Positions 30,885 through 41,197 of a stretch of DNA of 64,000 bases are shown here, one piece after another. The DNA is from Desulfatiglandales bacterium (GTDB lineage: Bacteria; Desulfobacterota; DSM-4660; Desulfatiglandales; Desulfatiglandaceae), in assembly GCA_963662465.1 (NCBI GenBank), contig OY759599.1, positions 3,520,001-3,584,000 on the forward strand. The letters run 5' to 3'. Made by a program: the position numbers and the translations under genes. The notes beneath the pieces were generated by a model. That model had not been told where the DNA came from. It made no database searches and worked only from the letters and a program-made list of their open reading frames with translations. Every line of letters starts with the position of its first letter. Position 1 is the first letter of the stretch.

Positions 30885-31790
30885 ATGTTTGACAGAATTT
30901 ATGAAAAAATCCCGTTTTTATCAAGGAGCAAAAGCATGCAACCAGAAAACAGCGCACAGCAGAAATTTGCCGGCGCCACCAAATATGTCCTCGATGAAGA
31001 ATTAGCCCAGATCGTCAATATCTCCATGGCCCTTGAGATGCCGCTTTTGCTCAAGGGTGAGCCCGGCACCGGCAAGACCATGCTGGCGCACGCCATCAGT
31101 CAGGCACTCAACATGAAACTTATTGTTTTAAATGTAAAATCCAGCATGAAACTCATCGAGGCCCTGTACCAGTACGATACGCTCACCCGGTTAAACGACA
31201 GCCGTTTCGGAGATTCAAAGCGGGATGTGAGCGACATTGAAGCATACATCAAAATGGGGAAAATCGGCCAATCGTTCAATGCCGATGAAAAAGTGATCTT
31301 GCTCATCGATGAAATCGACAAAGCGGATACCGACTTCCAGGATGACATGCTGGACGTTCTGGACCAGATGGAATTTGACATCATCGAGATCGATAAAACC
31401 GTAAAAGCCAGGAACAGACCGGTTATCATCATCACGAGCAACGCCAAAAAAGACCTCTCCGACCCGTTTCTGGGACGCTGCAACTTTCATCACATTGCCT
31501 TTCCCGATGCCGATATGATGCACAAAATCCTTCAGGTCCATTTTCCTGAAATCGGCAAGGAACTTCTCGAAAGCTCCATTCGCGCCTTTTACAAGGTACG
31601 GGATTTCAGGGGAATTGAGAAAAAACCGGCGACCCGGGAGCTGATCAACTGGATTCGCGCCCTGCAGGCGGACCCCGATTTCAAGGCCAAGGATCTGGTG
31701 AAGGGCGATCTCCCCTACCTGGGCGTTCTATTTAAGAAAAGCCCGGACTACGCCATCGCCAAAAATGCCTCCGCTCGCATGAGGATTTAA
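30885..31790 (+). CDS. MoxR-family AAA+ ATPase
   Basis: KGEPGTGKT, LIDEIDKAD, ITSN; start could be 30936. Confidence 0.9.
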   Translation: MFDRIYEKIPFLSRSKSMQPENSAQQKFAGATKYVLDEELAQIVNISMALEMPLLLKGEPGTGKTMLAHAISQALNMKLIVLNVKSSMKLIEALYQYDTLTRLNDSRFGDSKRDVSDIEAYIKMGKIGQSFNADEKVILLIDEIDKADTDFQDDMLDVLDQMEFDIIEIDKTVKARNRPVIIITSNAKKDLSDPFLGRCNFHHIAFPDADMMHKILQVHFPEIGKELLESSIRAFYKVRDFRGIEKKPATRELINWIRALQADPDFKAKDLVKGDLPYLGVLFKKSPDYAIAKNASARMRI

Positions 31791-31791
31791 A

Positions 31792-31836
31792 GCGGCAAGC
31801 CGCAGTTTTAAGTTTTAAGTTTTTCTGCCAATGAAT
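31792..31836. repeat. Dispersed element GCGGCAAGCCGC-(AGTTTTA)n-CTGYCAATGAAT, copy 1 (3 units)
   Basis: Matches 42399-42450. Confidence 0.85.
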
Positions 31837-31851
31837 GCTTAAGGAAATACA

Positions 31852-33045
31852 ATGTTTACCAGTTTTTTCTACCTGCTCAGAAAAGTGGGCATTCCGGTAT
31901 CGCCCACCAGCTTCCTGCGCCTTCAAAAGGCCTTGGGCATGGGGCTGATCACCTCCCTTGACGATTTCTATACCGCGGCCAGGTCCATCCTTGTCAAGAG
32001 CGAAAAATACTTCGACCTCTACGATCAGGTCTTTGCCCATCGCTTTCAGGGTGCAGAGTTAAAAGATCCCGAAGAATTCGAAATCAGCCAGGTGGCCCAG
32101 GCCATGCTGGAAGAATGGCTGAAGGATCCCAAGGGCATCGCCGACGCATTGGGGATCGATGAGAAAACCCTCAATAAAATGAAGCCGGAAGAACTGCTTC
32201 AATACTTCCTGGACCGCCTGAAAGAACAAACGGAAGAACATCACGGGGGCGCCAAATGGATTGGTACGGGGGGTACCTCCCCGGTGGGCCATTCGGGTTA
32301 TCACCCGGGGGGTATGCGGGTGGGCGGGGTTTCCCGCAACAAGTCCGCCGTGAAGGTGGCCATGGACAGGCGATACAAAGACTATTCCCAGGACGGTCCC
32401 CTGACCCAGTCCCAAATCGGCGAAGCCCTGAAACGACTGCGGAATATGGTGCCCAGCGGACCCAAGGATGTGGTCAATGTTGACGAGACCATCTACCAGA
32501 CCATGAAAAACGCAGGGGAAATAGAGATCATTTTCGAACGGAGCCTAAAGGATCGCCTGAAAATCGTCCTGGCCATCGATAACGGGGGATGGTCCATGGA
32601 CCCCTACATTGAAATGGTGCAGACCCTTTTCTACTACGCACGGGCCCAGTTCAAGGAAGTGAAGACGTACTTTTTCCACAACACCATTTACGACCAGATC
32701 TGGCAGGATCCGTCCCGTTATCAAAAACCATACCGCATTGATGATCTGATTCGAAGGGATCCGGAGACCCGAGTGGTCATCGTGGGCGATGCCAGCATGG
32801 CCCCCTATGAATTGATGGCCTCGGATGGCAGCATTCATATCGAGGAAAGATCCGGCAGGCCCAGTTATGAAAGGCTCCGGTTTATCGCCGAAACCTTTCC
32901 CCACTCCGTCTGGATCAACCCGAAAATGGCGGCAGAATGGCCCTATAGCCGGACCATCAATATGATTCGAGAGATATTTCCCATGTTTGAGCTGACCATC
33001 GACGGCCTGGAAAAGGCCGTGGGCCATCTCATGAGCGATAATTGA
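31852..33045 (+). CDS. VWA-domain partner of MoxR ATPase
   Basis: HHGGAKWIGTGGTSP, DNGGWSMDPY, YFFHN, VGDASMAPYEL. Confidence 0.85.
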   Translation: MFTSFFYLLRKVGIPVSPTSFLRLQKALGMGLITSLDDFYTAARSILVKSEKYFDLYDQVFAHRFQGAELKDPEEFEISQVAQAMLEEWLKDPKGIADALGIDEKTLNKMKPEELLQYFLDRLKEQTEEHHGGAKWIGTGGTSPVGHSGYHPGGMRVGGVSRNKSAVKVAMDRRYKDYSQDGPLTQSQIGEALKRLRNMVPSGPKDVVNVDETIYQTMKNAGEIEIIFERSLKDRLKIVLAIDNGGWSMDPYIEMVQTLFYYARAQFKEVKTYFFHNTIYDQIWQDPSRYQKPYRIDDLIRRDPETRVVIVGDASMAPYELMASDGSIHIEERSGRPSYERLRFIAETFPHSVWINPKMAAEWPYSRTINMIREIFPMFELTIDGLEKAVGHLMSDN

Positions 33046-33104
33046 GTGCTATTTTGATCACTTCGTTCGTTACTCTGAAAAATTGAGAAGCGAAATGGTT
33101 TTGA

Positions 33105-33413
33105 TTAATATTTTACCTTATCGAGACCTTTCAGACCCAAAATAGTTCGCGCTTCATCGGGGGTGGCGGGTTCCAGGCCCAGTTCTCTGCCGATTCGAAT
33201 AATCTTTTCCACCTGCTCCCCGTTGCTTTTGGCTTTGACCCCCTTTTCCAGGTACAGATTGTCCTCCAGACCCACACGGGTATTCCCTCCCATAAGCAGT
33301 GCGAGATTGCACATGCGAAACTGCTCACGCCCGGCCGCGCAAACCGACCACACAAACCCATCTCCGAACATCTCTTTCGCGGTATTCAGCAGAAAGATAA
33401 ATTTATTTTGCAT
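33105..33413 (-). pseudogene. C-terminal fragment of beta-keto acid cleavage enzyme (Kce/DUF849)
   Basis: GGNTRVGLEDNLY..ATPDEARTILGL; about 100 aa, N-terminal portion absent. Confidence 0.8.
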
Positions 33414-33502
33414 TTTCTTAAACCCCTTATCAATTCAGGTAAAAATAATGGGTAAACCCTCATGAATCACGCGGGCATTCACCCCCAAGCATGTAAATGA
33501 CA

Positions 33503-33555
33503 TCTACCGCTTTTAAGCTAACGGCTAACAGCTAACGGCTGCATTTTCATGGTAA
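33503..33555 (-). repeat. Dispersed element TGAAAATGCAG-(CBGTTAG)n-CTTAAAAGCGGTAGA, copy 1 (3 units)
   Basis: Reverse complement matches 36590-36663. Confidence 0.88.
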
Positions 33556-33566
33556 AAAAATCAGTT

Positions 33567-34202
33567 CTACAGCTCAATAACCCTTCCGACGCCCCCTTCC
33601 AAAAATTTTTCAGGATAAAGCGCCTTAATCTCCGCCTGATACTGGGTGCAATGGGTGGGGCAGATCCAATCCAGACCCTGGACCGATCCGAAATCATCGA
33701 ACCCGTGCAACCCACCCATGAGCGCCGTCACCTTACCCAATGACGACGCACTCTCAAGAATACAGGCAACGCCGGGATGGGAACATCCGGCAAGCACCAC
33801 CAGGCCCCGGGATGTCCTGACCACCAGAGACTGCTCAAAATCGTCGAGTTCACCCGTAGAAAAGATATTCTCATGCATCTGCATCGGTTCATCAACGCGA
33901 ATCACGCGGGTCGCCCCACTGGGGTCCTGACAGGAGACGGGCACATAAACATCGCACGGGTTTATTTTCAAAAAATCCGCCAATCCGCCCGTATGATCCC
34001 AGTGTGAATGGGAAATAAAGACTTCGTCAATTTCCATCGGATCGATACTGAGAGATGCCATATTCCGAAGCAGAATATCCCCTTTGGCGCCCGTATCAAA
34101 TAAAATCTTTCTCCCATCTATTTCGATTAAGCAGGAAAAGCCCCAGTCTGCAACGCAATTATCTTCAGCGGTCTCATTATCATAAAGAATCGTCGTTTTC
34201 AT
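33567..34202 (-). CDS. MBL-fold metallo-hydrolase
   Basis: LFDTG, SHSHWDHTGG, GCSHPG, GGLH, PTHCT. Confidence 0.9.
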   Translation of the reverse strand: MKTTILYDNETAEDNCVADWGFSCLIEIDGRKILFDTGAKGDILLRNMASLSIDPMEIDEVFISHSHWDHTGGLADFLKINPCDVYVPVSCQDPSGATRVIRVDEPMQMHENIFSTGELDDFEQSLVVRTSRGLVVLAGCSHPGVACILESASSLGKVTALMGGLHGFDDFGSVQGLDWICPTHCTQYQAEIKALYPEKFLEGGVGRVIEL

Positions 34203-34313
34203 TTTCAGTTAAACCCTCCCGAAAAATGGGTGCCATTTCAAAATTACTGTGCTATTGTTAAGTGAATAAATTCACAACAACCTGAAAATAGAATAGGAGA
34301 GGAGGAAAAATCA

Positions 34314-34658
34314 ATGAAAAAAGTAGCAATCGTGGGATGCGGCGCCTATATGGACAGCGGATATGGATGCCCCGGGGAGTGGCGTTGCCTGAAGGCGGCA
34401 GCCCTGGGTGAAGGCCTGTTTGATGAGCCCTCTCAGGTGATGGCCTTTGTAAAATGCGAGTGCCCGGGACGAACCCTTGTCACCAACATGGGCATGGCCA
34501 TGAAGCTATCTGAAATAAAACCCGACGTGATCCATCTGAGTTCCTGTCTCGTCAACGCAAAACCGGGGTGTCCCTATGGCGCCGCCGAAGAATTTGCCCA
34601 ACTCCTTGAAAGCAAAACCGGAATCAAGGTGATTTCCGGAACCCACGACTATCATTAA
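34314..34658 (+). CDS. CGGC-domain Cys-rich protein
   Basis: CPGEWRC..CECPGR..HLSSC..CP..GTH pattern. Confidence 0.75.
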   Translation: MKKVAIVGCGAYMDSGYGCPGEWRCLKAAALGEGLFDEPSQVMAFVKCECPGRTLVTNMGMAMKLSEIKPDVIHLSSCLVNAKPGCPYGAAEEFAQLLESKTGIKVISGTHDYH

Positions 34659-34741
34659 CGGGCAAGCAAAAGCAAGCATCCAGCGCCTTCAAATGGACAC
34701 GCTGAAGGCGCTGATGCGTGGATAAATCCCCATTGCCCTTG

Positions 34742-35518
34742 TTACTTCTCTTTCCACACCGGTTTTCGCTTCTCCAAAAATGCGTTGATGCCTTCTGCGG
34801 CATCCTCGGTAACGCACAGAGCCGCAAACATTTCATTGGAATATTCCAGCGCCTTTCCAAACTCCATATCCAACATGCCGTAAAATGCCTGTTTTCCCAT
34901 TTGGAGGGCCAGGGGGCTTTTCCGGGCCAGCTTTTCGGCCAGTGCCATGGTGGCGGACGCCAGTTCACCGGGAGGCACCACCTGATTGACCAGGCCCCAG
35001 CGCTCCGCATCCTCGGCCGTCACCATGTCGCCGGACAGCAACATCTCAAGAGAACGTTTTTTCCCAAGGTGTCGGGCCAGAGGAACAGCGGGACCCATAC
35101 AGAAAAGGCCCACATTAATGGCCGTTGTACCGATCTTTGTCCCCTCAGCTACAATGGCCAGATCGGCGGCGGCCAGAAGACCGGCCCCGTTGGCCACGGC
35201 AAACCCATGAACGGAGGCAATCACCGGCTTCTTCATTTTGGCGATCACAAGGTTCATCTGTTCCATGATGCCGACCCATTCCCGGTATTCCTGCTGAGAT
35301 TTTCCAAAAAATTCCGACACATCAATTCCGACGCTGAACGCCTTCCCTGCCCCCTTAACCACCACAACCCGAATATCCGGGTCATTATCCAGCTGAAGTA
35401 ACGCCTGGTTTAATTCCTTCGCCATTTCCGTGCTGAATGTGTTCATGGCCTCGGGGCGATTCAAGGTAATCACCCCCACGTGTTTTTCTTGATCCACCAG
35501 CACCGTATTGTAAGCCAT
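34742..35518 (-). CDS. Enoyl-CoA hydratase/isomerase family protein
   Basis: ITLNRPEAMN, AFSVGID, KPVIASVHG, EGINAFLEKRKPVW. Confidence 0.92.
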   Translation of the reverse strand: MAYNTVLVDQEKHVGVITLNRPEAMNTFSTEMAKELNQALLQLDNDPDIRVVVVKGAGKAFSVGIDVSEFFGKSQQEYREWVGIMEQMNLVIAKMKKPVIASVHGFAVANGAGLLAAADLAIVAEGTKIGTTAINVGLFCMGPAVPLARHLGKKRSLEMLLSGDMVTAEDAERWGLVNQVVPPGELASATMALAEKLARKSPLALQMGKQAFYGMLDMEFGKALEYSNEMFAALCVTEDAAEGINAFLEKRKPVWKEK

Positions 35519-35771
35519 TATGAATCTCCTTTTGAAAAACTTCCTTTTTTTGCATCCGACGACGCTTTCCACGGAATTCAACTTATTTTTTTTACTTCGG
35601 TCTGTCAAGAAAGTACAACTTCTTGCCTCTAATCGAAAAAAGCATTGTATCAGCGGCTATTTTGGGATAACCTTAATACACTTTTTTTCTTAAAATGGAG
35701 AATGCGAAAAAAGCTATCGATGTTGAACCGAGCATCATGGTTTTTTTTATCAAATAAGGGGAGGAAACCAA

Positions 35772-36569
35772 TTGGATACAGAGATCCAAGGGATTGATGA
35801 TTTGACCGGATTTGCCATGCAAGCAATTCAAACAGCCGGTAAAGAGGCGCTTTCCTACTATGGAAAAGCCAGGCCGGGAGAAAGATTTGATGAAGAGCTA
35901 ATCACCAAAGCGGAACTCCATTTAACTGAGTTCTTCCAGGACCAACTCAGTAACCACTTTCCTGAACATCAGCTATTTTCGAACAACCAGAAAGATATCG
36001 GTTACTCCCACGAAAACAAACGGTACTTATGGGTTTTCGATGCCTTGGACGGGGTAGCCAATTTCCAGGGCGGTATCCCATTATGGGGGATGTCCTTGGC
36101 GCTGCTGGAAAACTCCTGGCCTATTTTCGGCGCATTTTATATGCCCGCAACCGGGGACCTGTTCCATGCCCGCGCGGAAGAAACAGCATTCTGGGGTGAG
36201 AAAAAAATATACGCCGTTCCCTCTTCAGAAATCAATGACGAAAGTGTTCTTCTGACCTATGCACATTTCAACCGCCATTATCGCCCCTCTTTTGCGGGCA
36301 AAATTCGAAGTTTCGGTTGCACATCCGCCCATATGTGCTATGTTGCCGCTGGTCGGGCGGAGGCCGCCATCATCGCTCGTGAGACGTTTCAGGACCTGGC
36401 CGCGACCCGGGTCATTATTGAGGCGGCAGGTCTGAAGATCTATAAAATGGATGGGTCCGGATTTTTCCTCAATGAATACCTGAACGGGAAAAAGATTGAA
36501 GAACACCTCCTGGTGGTGTCTTCCGAAGGCCGGCGCCGCATTCATGATTGTCTGAAACCAATCGTTTAG
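35772..36569 (+). CDS. Inositol monophosphatase family protein (degenerate motifs)
   Basis: WVFDALDGVANF, RSFGCTS, QDLAA. Confidence 0.8.
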   Translation: MDTEIQGIDDLTGFAMQAIQTAGKEALSYYGKARPGERFDEELITKAELHLTEFFQDQLSNHFPEHQLFSNNQKDIGYSHENKRYLWVFDALDGVANFQGGIPLWGMSLALLENSWPIFGAFYMPATGDLFHARAEETAFWGEKKIYAVPSSEINDESVLLTYAHFNRHYRPSFAGKIRSFGCTSAHMCYVAAGRAEAAIIARETFQDLAATRVIIEAAGLKIYKMDGSGFFLNEYLNGKKIEEHLLVVSSEGRRRIHDCLKPIV

Positions 36570-36589
36570 GACCTCGCTTCCAATATACT

Positions 36590-36663
36590 TTACTGTGAAA
36601 ATGCAGCGGTTAGCGGTTAGCCGTTAGCTGTTAGCTGTTAGCTGTTAGCTTAAAAGCGGTAGA
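36590..36663 (+). repeat. Dispersed heptamer element, copy 2 (6 units)
   Basis: Same flanks as 33503-33555. Confidence 0.88.
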
Positions 36664-36715
36664 CAATAGGCGTTTTACGACCACTACCGGAAAGAGTGCC
36701 AACAATGGACAGTCA

Positions 36716-36967
36716 ATGAAAAAAATCATAAAAATGAGAGAGATGCTCGACAATCAAAAAGGGATCATCAAACGGGTTTCAGCAACCGGCGATATGGGTA
36801 GAAGGATCAGGGAGATGGGTCTGGTGCCGGAAACCCCCATTCAAATTCGAGGACGCGCCCCCCTCAAAGACCCCGTGGCCGTGAAAATCAGGGACTATGT
36901 CCTGACCCTCAGAAACAATGAAGCCGCCAGCATCCTTGTAGAAGTGGAGGAAACGCAATCCAGCTAA
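36716..36967 (+). CDS. feoA: Ferrous iron transport protein A
   Basis: RRIREMGL..RAPLKDP..LRNNEA. Confidence 0.93.
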   Translation: MKKIIKMREMLDNQKGIIKRVSATGDMGRRIREMGLVPETPIQIRGRAPLKDPVAVKIRDYVLTLRNNEAASILVEVEETQSS

Positions 36968-36979
36968 AGCGTTGAACCG

Positions 36980-39184
36980 ATGGAACAAAAAATCATAATC
37001 GCCCTCTCAGGCAATCCCAATGCCGGAAAGACAACGGTGTTTAACGCCATTACCGGCGCCAGGCAGCACATTGCCAACTATCCCGGCGTAACAGTCGAAA
37101 AAAAATACGGGACCATCAAACACAAAGGGCATGAAATTGAGGTGGTGGATCTGCCGGGAACCTATTCCCTGACGGCGTACTCCATGGAAGAGATTGTGGC
37201 CAGGGATTTTGTGATCAACGAAAAACCGAGTCTCGTGGTGGATATTGTTGATGCATCTAACCTGGATCGCCACCTTTATCTGGCCGTACAGTTTAAAGAA
37301 TTGGGAGTTCCCCTGATACTGGCCCTCAACATGGTGGACGTAGCCGAAAGCCGAGGCATTAAAGTAGACCACCGACAACTGTCCGCCCAGTTCGGGGTGC
37401 CGGTGGTTCCCATGGTGGCCAGAACGGGCAAGGGCATCCAAGACCTCCTGGACAAAGTGGTGGAAGAGGCCGCCAAAAGCCCGGAGTGGATCAATGCGCC
37501 CATGAGCTACGGCATCGACATTGATTCGGCCCTGAATCAGATTTCATCCATCCTCGAAAAATCCAGTATTTTCGACAAAAAATATCCCTCCCGATGGCGT
37601 GCCCTCAAATGCCTGGAAGGAGACAGCCAGATTACGGGGTTGTTGAAAAGAGACCCGGAATCGGGGCAGTCCATAGCCGCCATCTGCGAGAATATTTTAA
37701 AGCACACCATGGATACCCTGGAGGAGGAACCGGAAGCCATCATCGCGGACCATCGGTACGGCTACATCGCGGGCATTACCAAAAAAGTCGTTAAACGAAA
37801 AATTGAAAGCCGCCTCAATCTCTCCGATCAAATGGACAAGGTCCTCACCAACCGGGCCTTCGGCCCCATCATCATGGGGTTTATTCTCTACGGCATCTAT
37901 TCCTTTACATTCTGGGCCAGCGAAATACCCCTTATTTGGTTTGAGCTGTTTTTCGATTCCCTCAAGAATCTCGCGACAGCCTATCTTCCCCCCGGAATCC
38001 TTCAGTCTTTAATTATTTCAGGCGTCATTGACGGCGTCGGAGGCGTATTGGGGTTCGTCCCCCTGATCATGTTCATGTTCTTTGCCATTGCCATCATGGA
38101 GGATTCCGGATATATGGCCCGGGTCGCCTACATGCTGGACCGGGTGTTGCGATGGTTCGGACTTCATGGAAATTCCGTAATGGCCCTGGTGGTAAGCGGC
38201 GGCATATCCGGCGGATGCGCCGTGCCGGGGGTAATGGCCACACGGATATTAAAGGACCCCAAGGAAAGGATCGCCACCCTTCTGGTCGTGCCGTTCATGA
38301 ATTGCGGCGCTAAACTGCCGGTTTACGCCATGCTCATCGGGGCCTTCTTTACAAAGGACAAGGCCCGCATGTTGTTCATTTTGACCCTTATCTCATGGGG
38401 ATTTGCGCTTTTTGCCGCCAAATTGCTCAGAGCCACGGTTCTCAGAGGCCCCACAACGCCCTTTGTGATGGAACTCCCCCCCTACCGGGCGCCCACCCTT
38501 CGCGGGCTGCTGATCCACACGTGGGAAAGAACCTGGCAGTACATCAAAAAGGCCGGCACCGTCATCCTGGCTTTTTCCGTTATCCTGTGGGCCATGATGA
38601 CCTTCCCGAGACTTTCCCAGGAACAAATCCAACCCTTTGACCAGAAACGGGAAAAGATCACAGCCGCCTTTCTGGATGAGCAGCACGCTGAAAACAGGAA
38701 ATTCCTGAAAACGGACGTCCAATACTTGGCATTTCAAAATAAAATGACCTATATTAACACCCTGCAGCAACAAACGGCTTTGAAGAGAACCATCGCGGGG
38801 TGGGTTGGCATGAAGCTGGAAGTCATTACACGCCCCTTGGGCTTTGAATACCGAACAAACATCGCACTGCTGGGCGGTTTCGCCGCCAAGGAAGTCGTTA
38901 TTTCAACCTTAGGCACCGCCTACTCCTTAAGTGATGTGAATGAAGAGGAAACAGCTCCTCTCGCCGATAAATTGAAAAATGATCCTGCCTGGAACCCGCT
39001 TCAGGCATTTACGCTGATTATTTTTATTATGCTTTACGTGCCTTGCGTGGCAACGGTGGTAGCCATCCGCAAGGAAAGTTCCTGGAAATGGGCCGGGTTT
39101 TCCATTTTCTTTAACCTGATGGTGGCCTATGGGGTGTCGCTGATCATCCGACAGGGGGGTGCATTTCTGGGGTTAGGGGGATAA
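36980..39184 (+). CDS. feoB: Ferrous iron transport protein B
   Basis: GNPNAGKTT, NYPGVTVE, DLPGTYSL, MEDSGYMAR. Confidence 0.96.
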   Translation: MEQKIIIALSGNPNAGKTTVFNAITGARQHIANYPGVTVEKKYGTIKHKGHEIEVVDLPGTYSLTAYSMEEIVARDFVINEKPSLVVDIVDASNLDRHLYLAVQFKELGVPLILALNMVDVAESRGIKVDHRQLSAQFGVPVVPMVARTGKGIQDLLDKVVEEAAKSPEWINAPMSYGIDIDSALNQISSILEKSSIFDKKYPSRWRALKCLEGDSQITGLLKRDPESGQSIAAICENILKHTMDTLEEEPEAIIADHRYGYIAGITKKVVKRKIESRLNLSDQMDKVLTNRAFGPIIMGFILYGIYSFTFWASEIPLIWFELFFDSLKNLATAYLPPGILQSLIISGVIDGVGGVLGFVPLIMFMFFAIAIMEDSGYMARVAYMLDRVLRWFGLHGNSVMALVVSGGISGGCAVPGVMATRILKDPKERIATLLVVPFMNCGAKLPVYAMLIGAFFTKDKARMLFILTLISWGFALFAAKLLRATVLRGPTTPFVMELPPYRAPTLRGLLIHTWERTWQYIKKAGTVILAFSVILWAMMTFPRLSQEQIQPFDQKREKITAAFLDEQHAENRKFLKTDVQYLAFQNKMTYINTLQQQTALKRTIAGWVGMKLEVITRPLGFEYRTNIALLGGFAAKEVVISTLGTAYSLSDVNEEETAPLADKLKNDPAWNPLQAFTLIIFIMLYVPCVATVVAIRKESSWKWAGFSIFFNLMVAYGVSLIIRQGGAFLGLGG

Positions 39185-39259
39185 TTTCCATCCCTCGGAA
39201 TGGAAAAATGGCGTCAATTGAGGAGATTTACAAACTATGATGAAACGGAGTCAGAAATA

Positions 39260-39727
39260 ATGGAAAAAATGCCGATCACAAAACAGGGTCTGGAAAAAAT
39301 CAAGGCAGAGCTGCTTCATCTGCAGAAAACAGAAAAGCCCAACAACATCAAAGCGATCGAAGAGGCTCGGGCCCATGGGGACCTCAGCGAAAACGCCGAA
39401 TATCACGCAGCGAAGGAAAAACAGGGGTTTATCGCCGGGAAAATCATCGAACTGGAAACCGCCATCAGCCAGGCGGAAGTCATTGACGTCAATGAGGGAC
39501 CCATGGACCGCGTGGTTTTTGGCCGTACCGTTCTGTTGTATGACGTTAGCGCCGATAAAGAAATCACCTATCAGCTTGTGGGACACTATGAATCGGATCC
39601 TGAAAACGGACGCATTTCCATTAAAAGTCCCCTCGGGCAAGGGATTATCGGCAGGGAAATCGGTGATGAAGTCAAAATCAAAACCCCTCGAGGCATTCAG
39701 GAATTTGAAGTGCTGGAAATCAGGTAG
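39260..39727 (+). CDS. greA: Transcription elongation factor GreA
   Basis: ARAHGDLSENAEYHAAKE, ISIKSPLG. Confidence 0.96.
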   Translation: MEKMPITKQGLEKIKAELLHLQKTEKPNNIKAIEEARAHGDLSENAEYHAAKEKQGFIAGKIIELETAISQAEVIDVNEGPMDRVVFGRTVLLYDVSADKEITYQLVGHYESDPENGRISIKSPLGQGIIGREIGDEVKIKTPRGIQEFEVLEIR

Positions 39728-39766
39728 CGCAACCATAGAGGAAAACCAGCGAAAGAGGGAAATCGG

Positions 39767-40300
39767 ATGCGGATAACGGATTCGATCAACAGAATCTTCA
39801 TTCATGGACTGGAAAGCAGCAATAAAGGGACGAAATCCGTCTTTTTCCGGGAAAAATTTCCAGACATGATCATTCCCACCTTTGTGGGAACGCTTCCCGA
39901 ACGGCTTTCAAAACTCGATGGCATTCTTTCGGGAAAATCGAACATCCATATCATCGGATCCAGTTTCGGAGGACTGATGGGCGCCCTGTTCGCCATGGCC
40001 AATGAACCCAGGGTCAAACACCTGACGCTCCTGGCGCCCGCCATTCACATCATTAGCCACGCCCCCCAAAAGCTTAAGAAGATTTCCATCCCGGTGTGCA
40101 TCTACCATGGCACGGAGGATGACGTCATTCCCCTCGGGGAGGTGGAAAAAGTTGCCGGGGAATTCTTTACAAGCCTAACCTTTCACAAAGTGAAAGACGA
40201 TCATTTCCTTCACAAAACCTTCAAGACCATTAATTGGGAAAATCTTCTTTCTCAATCCGTGATGCGTACCAGTCCATCTGGCGACAAACCCCTCGAATAA
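39767..40300 (+). CDS. YqiA-like alpha/beta hydrolase
   Basis: IHGLESS, GSSFGG, HGTEDD, DDH. Confidence 0.85.
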   Translation: MRITDSINRIFIHGLESSNKGTKSVFFREKFPDMIIPTFVGTLPERLSKLDGILSGKSNIHIIGSSFGGLMGALFAMANEPRVKHLTLLAPAIHIISHAPQKLKKISIPVCIYHGTEDDVIPLGEVEKVAGEFFTSLTFHKVKDDHFLHKTFKTINWENLLSQSVMRTSPSGDKPLE

Positions 40301-40982
40301 TACGCACTTCTCTTGCCCGCAACGGAAGCCTGGAAAGAAACCGCCGAATATTCAACATCCAGTGTTCGGGGTTCTGGGGATCCAGAAAACCGATCTTTGA
40401 AAGCACGGCACTGAGATGGTCGTACATCCCCTCCAGTTCAAAACTGTTGGCCAACCGGGGAACGGAAGCGGATTTTTGGGCGCCGGCCGTGGCCAGAAGC
40501 AATTCATAACAGACAATGACCACGGCCTGGGCCAGGTTGAGGGATGAGAAGAAGGCCGTGGGAACAGTGGCAATGGTATGGCAAAACCGGAGTTGATCGT
40601 TGGAAAGCCCCCGGTCCTCGGGTCCGAACAGAATGGCAACAAGATTATTTTGGGAGATGGGGATCAACTGTTGTGCAAGGGATCTGGGCCGGACCAGGGC
40701 GGGCCTTGAGGCCCCAATACGTGCCGTTGTGCCCACCAGATACTGAAAAGGCGCAAGCGCTTCCCTCAGGTTCTGGTAAATCTCCATTGACGCCAGCACG
40801 CTGGTGGAACTTCCCGTGGCCGTCTTTTTCATTCGATCAGGATCAGAGTTCTTGGGATCCACCAGTACCAGTCGATTTAGCCCCATGTTGTGCATGGCGC
40901 GGGCTGCCGCCCCGATATTTTCGGGGATCTGCGGTTGCACCAGTACAATGGCCACGTTTTCAAGGGAGACTTGTAAGGTCAT
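40230..40982 (-). CDS. TrmJ/LasT family SPOUT RNA methyltransferase
   Basis: ENIGAAARAM, FGPEDRGL, SLNLAQAV. Confidence 0.92.
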   Translation of the reverse strand: MTLQVSLENVAIVLVQPQIPENIGAAARAMHNMGLNRLVLVDPKNSDPDRMKKTATGSSTSVLASMEIYQNLREALAPFQYLVGTTARIGASRPALVRPRSLAQQLIPISQNNLVAILFGPEDRGLSNDQLRFCHTIATVPTAFFSSLNLAQAVVIVCYELLLATAGAQKSASVPRLANSFELEGMYDHLSAVLSKIGFLDPQNPEHWMLNIRRFLSRLPLRAREVRIIRGVCRQMDWYASRIEKEDFPN

Positions 40983-41197
40983 CGTTTTAATAACGCGAGA
41001 ATCTCATCATTGAGTTCATCGCTGTCAAAAGAAAACATCACAGTCCCATCCTTAACCTCAAAAGAAATCAGCCGGCACCGATACTGCTCCGCCACCGATT
41101 CCAGTATATCCTTGAACTGGCTCGCATAGGGGTGGTCCGTACTGTCCACTTCCGATGGAAAAAGATCCACTTCAAAACAACCCGATGAAATTTTCAT
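40979..41197 (-). CDS. Hypothetical protein
   Basis: 72-aa ORF coupled by ATGA overlaps to both neighbours. Confidence 0.7.
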   Translation of the reverse strand: MKISSGCFEVDLFPSEVDSTDHPYASQFKDILESVAEQYRCRLISFEVKDGTVMFSFDSDELNDEILALLKR

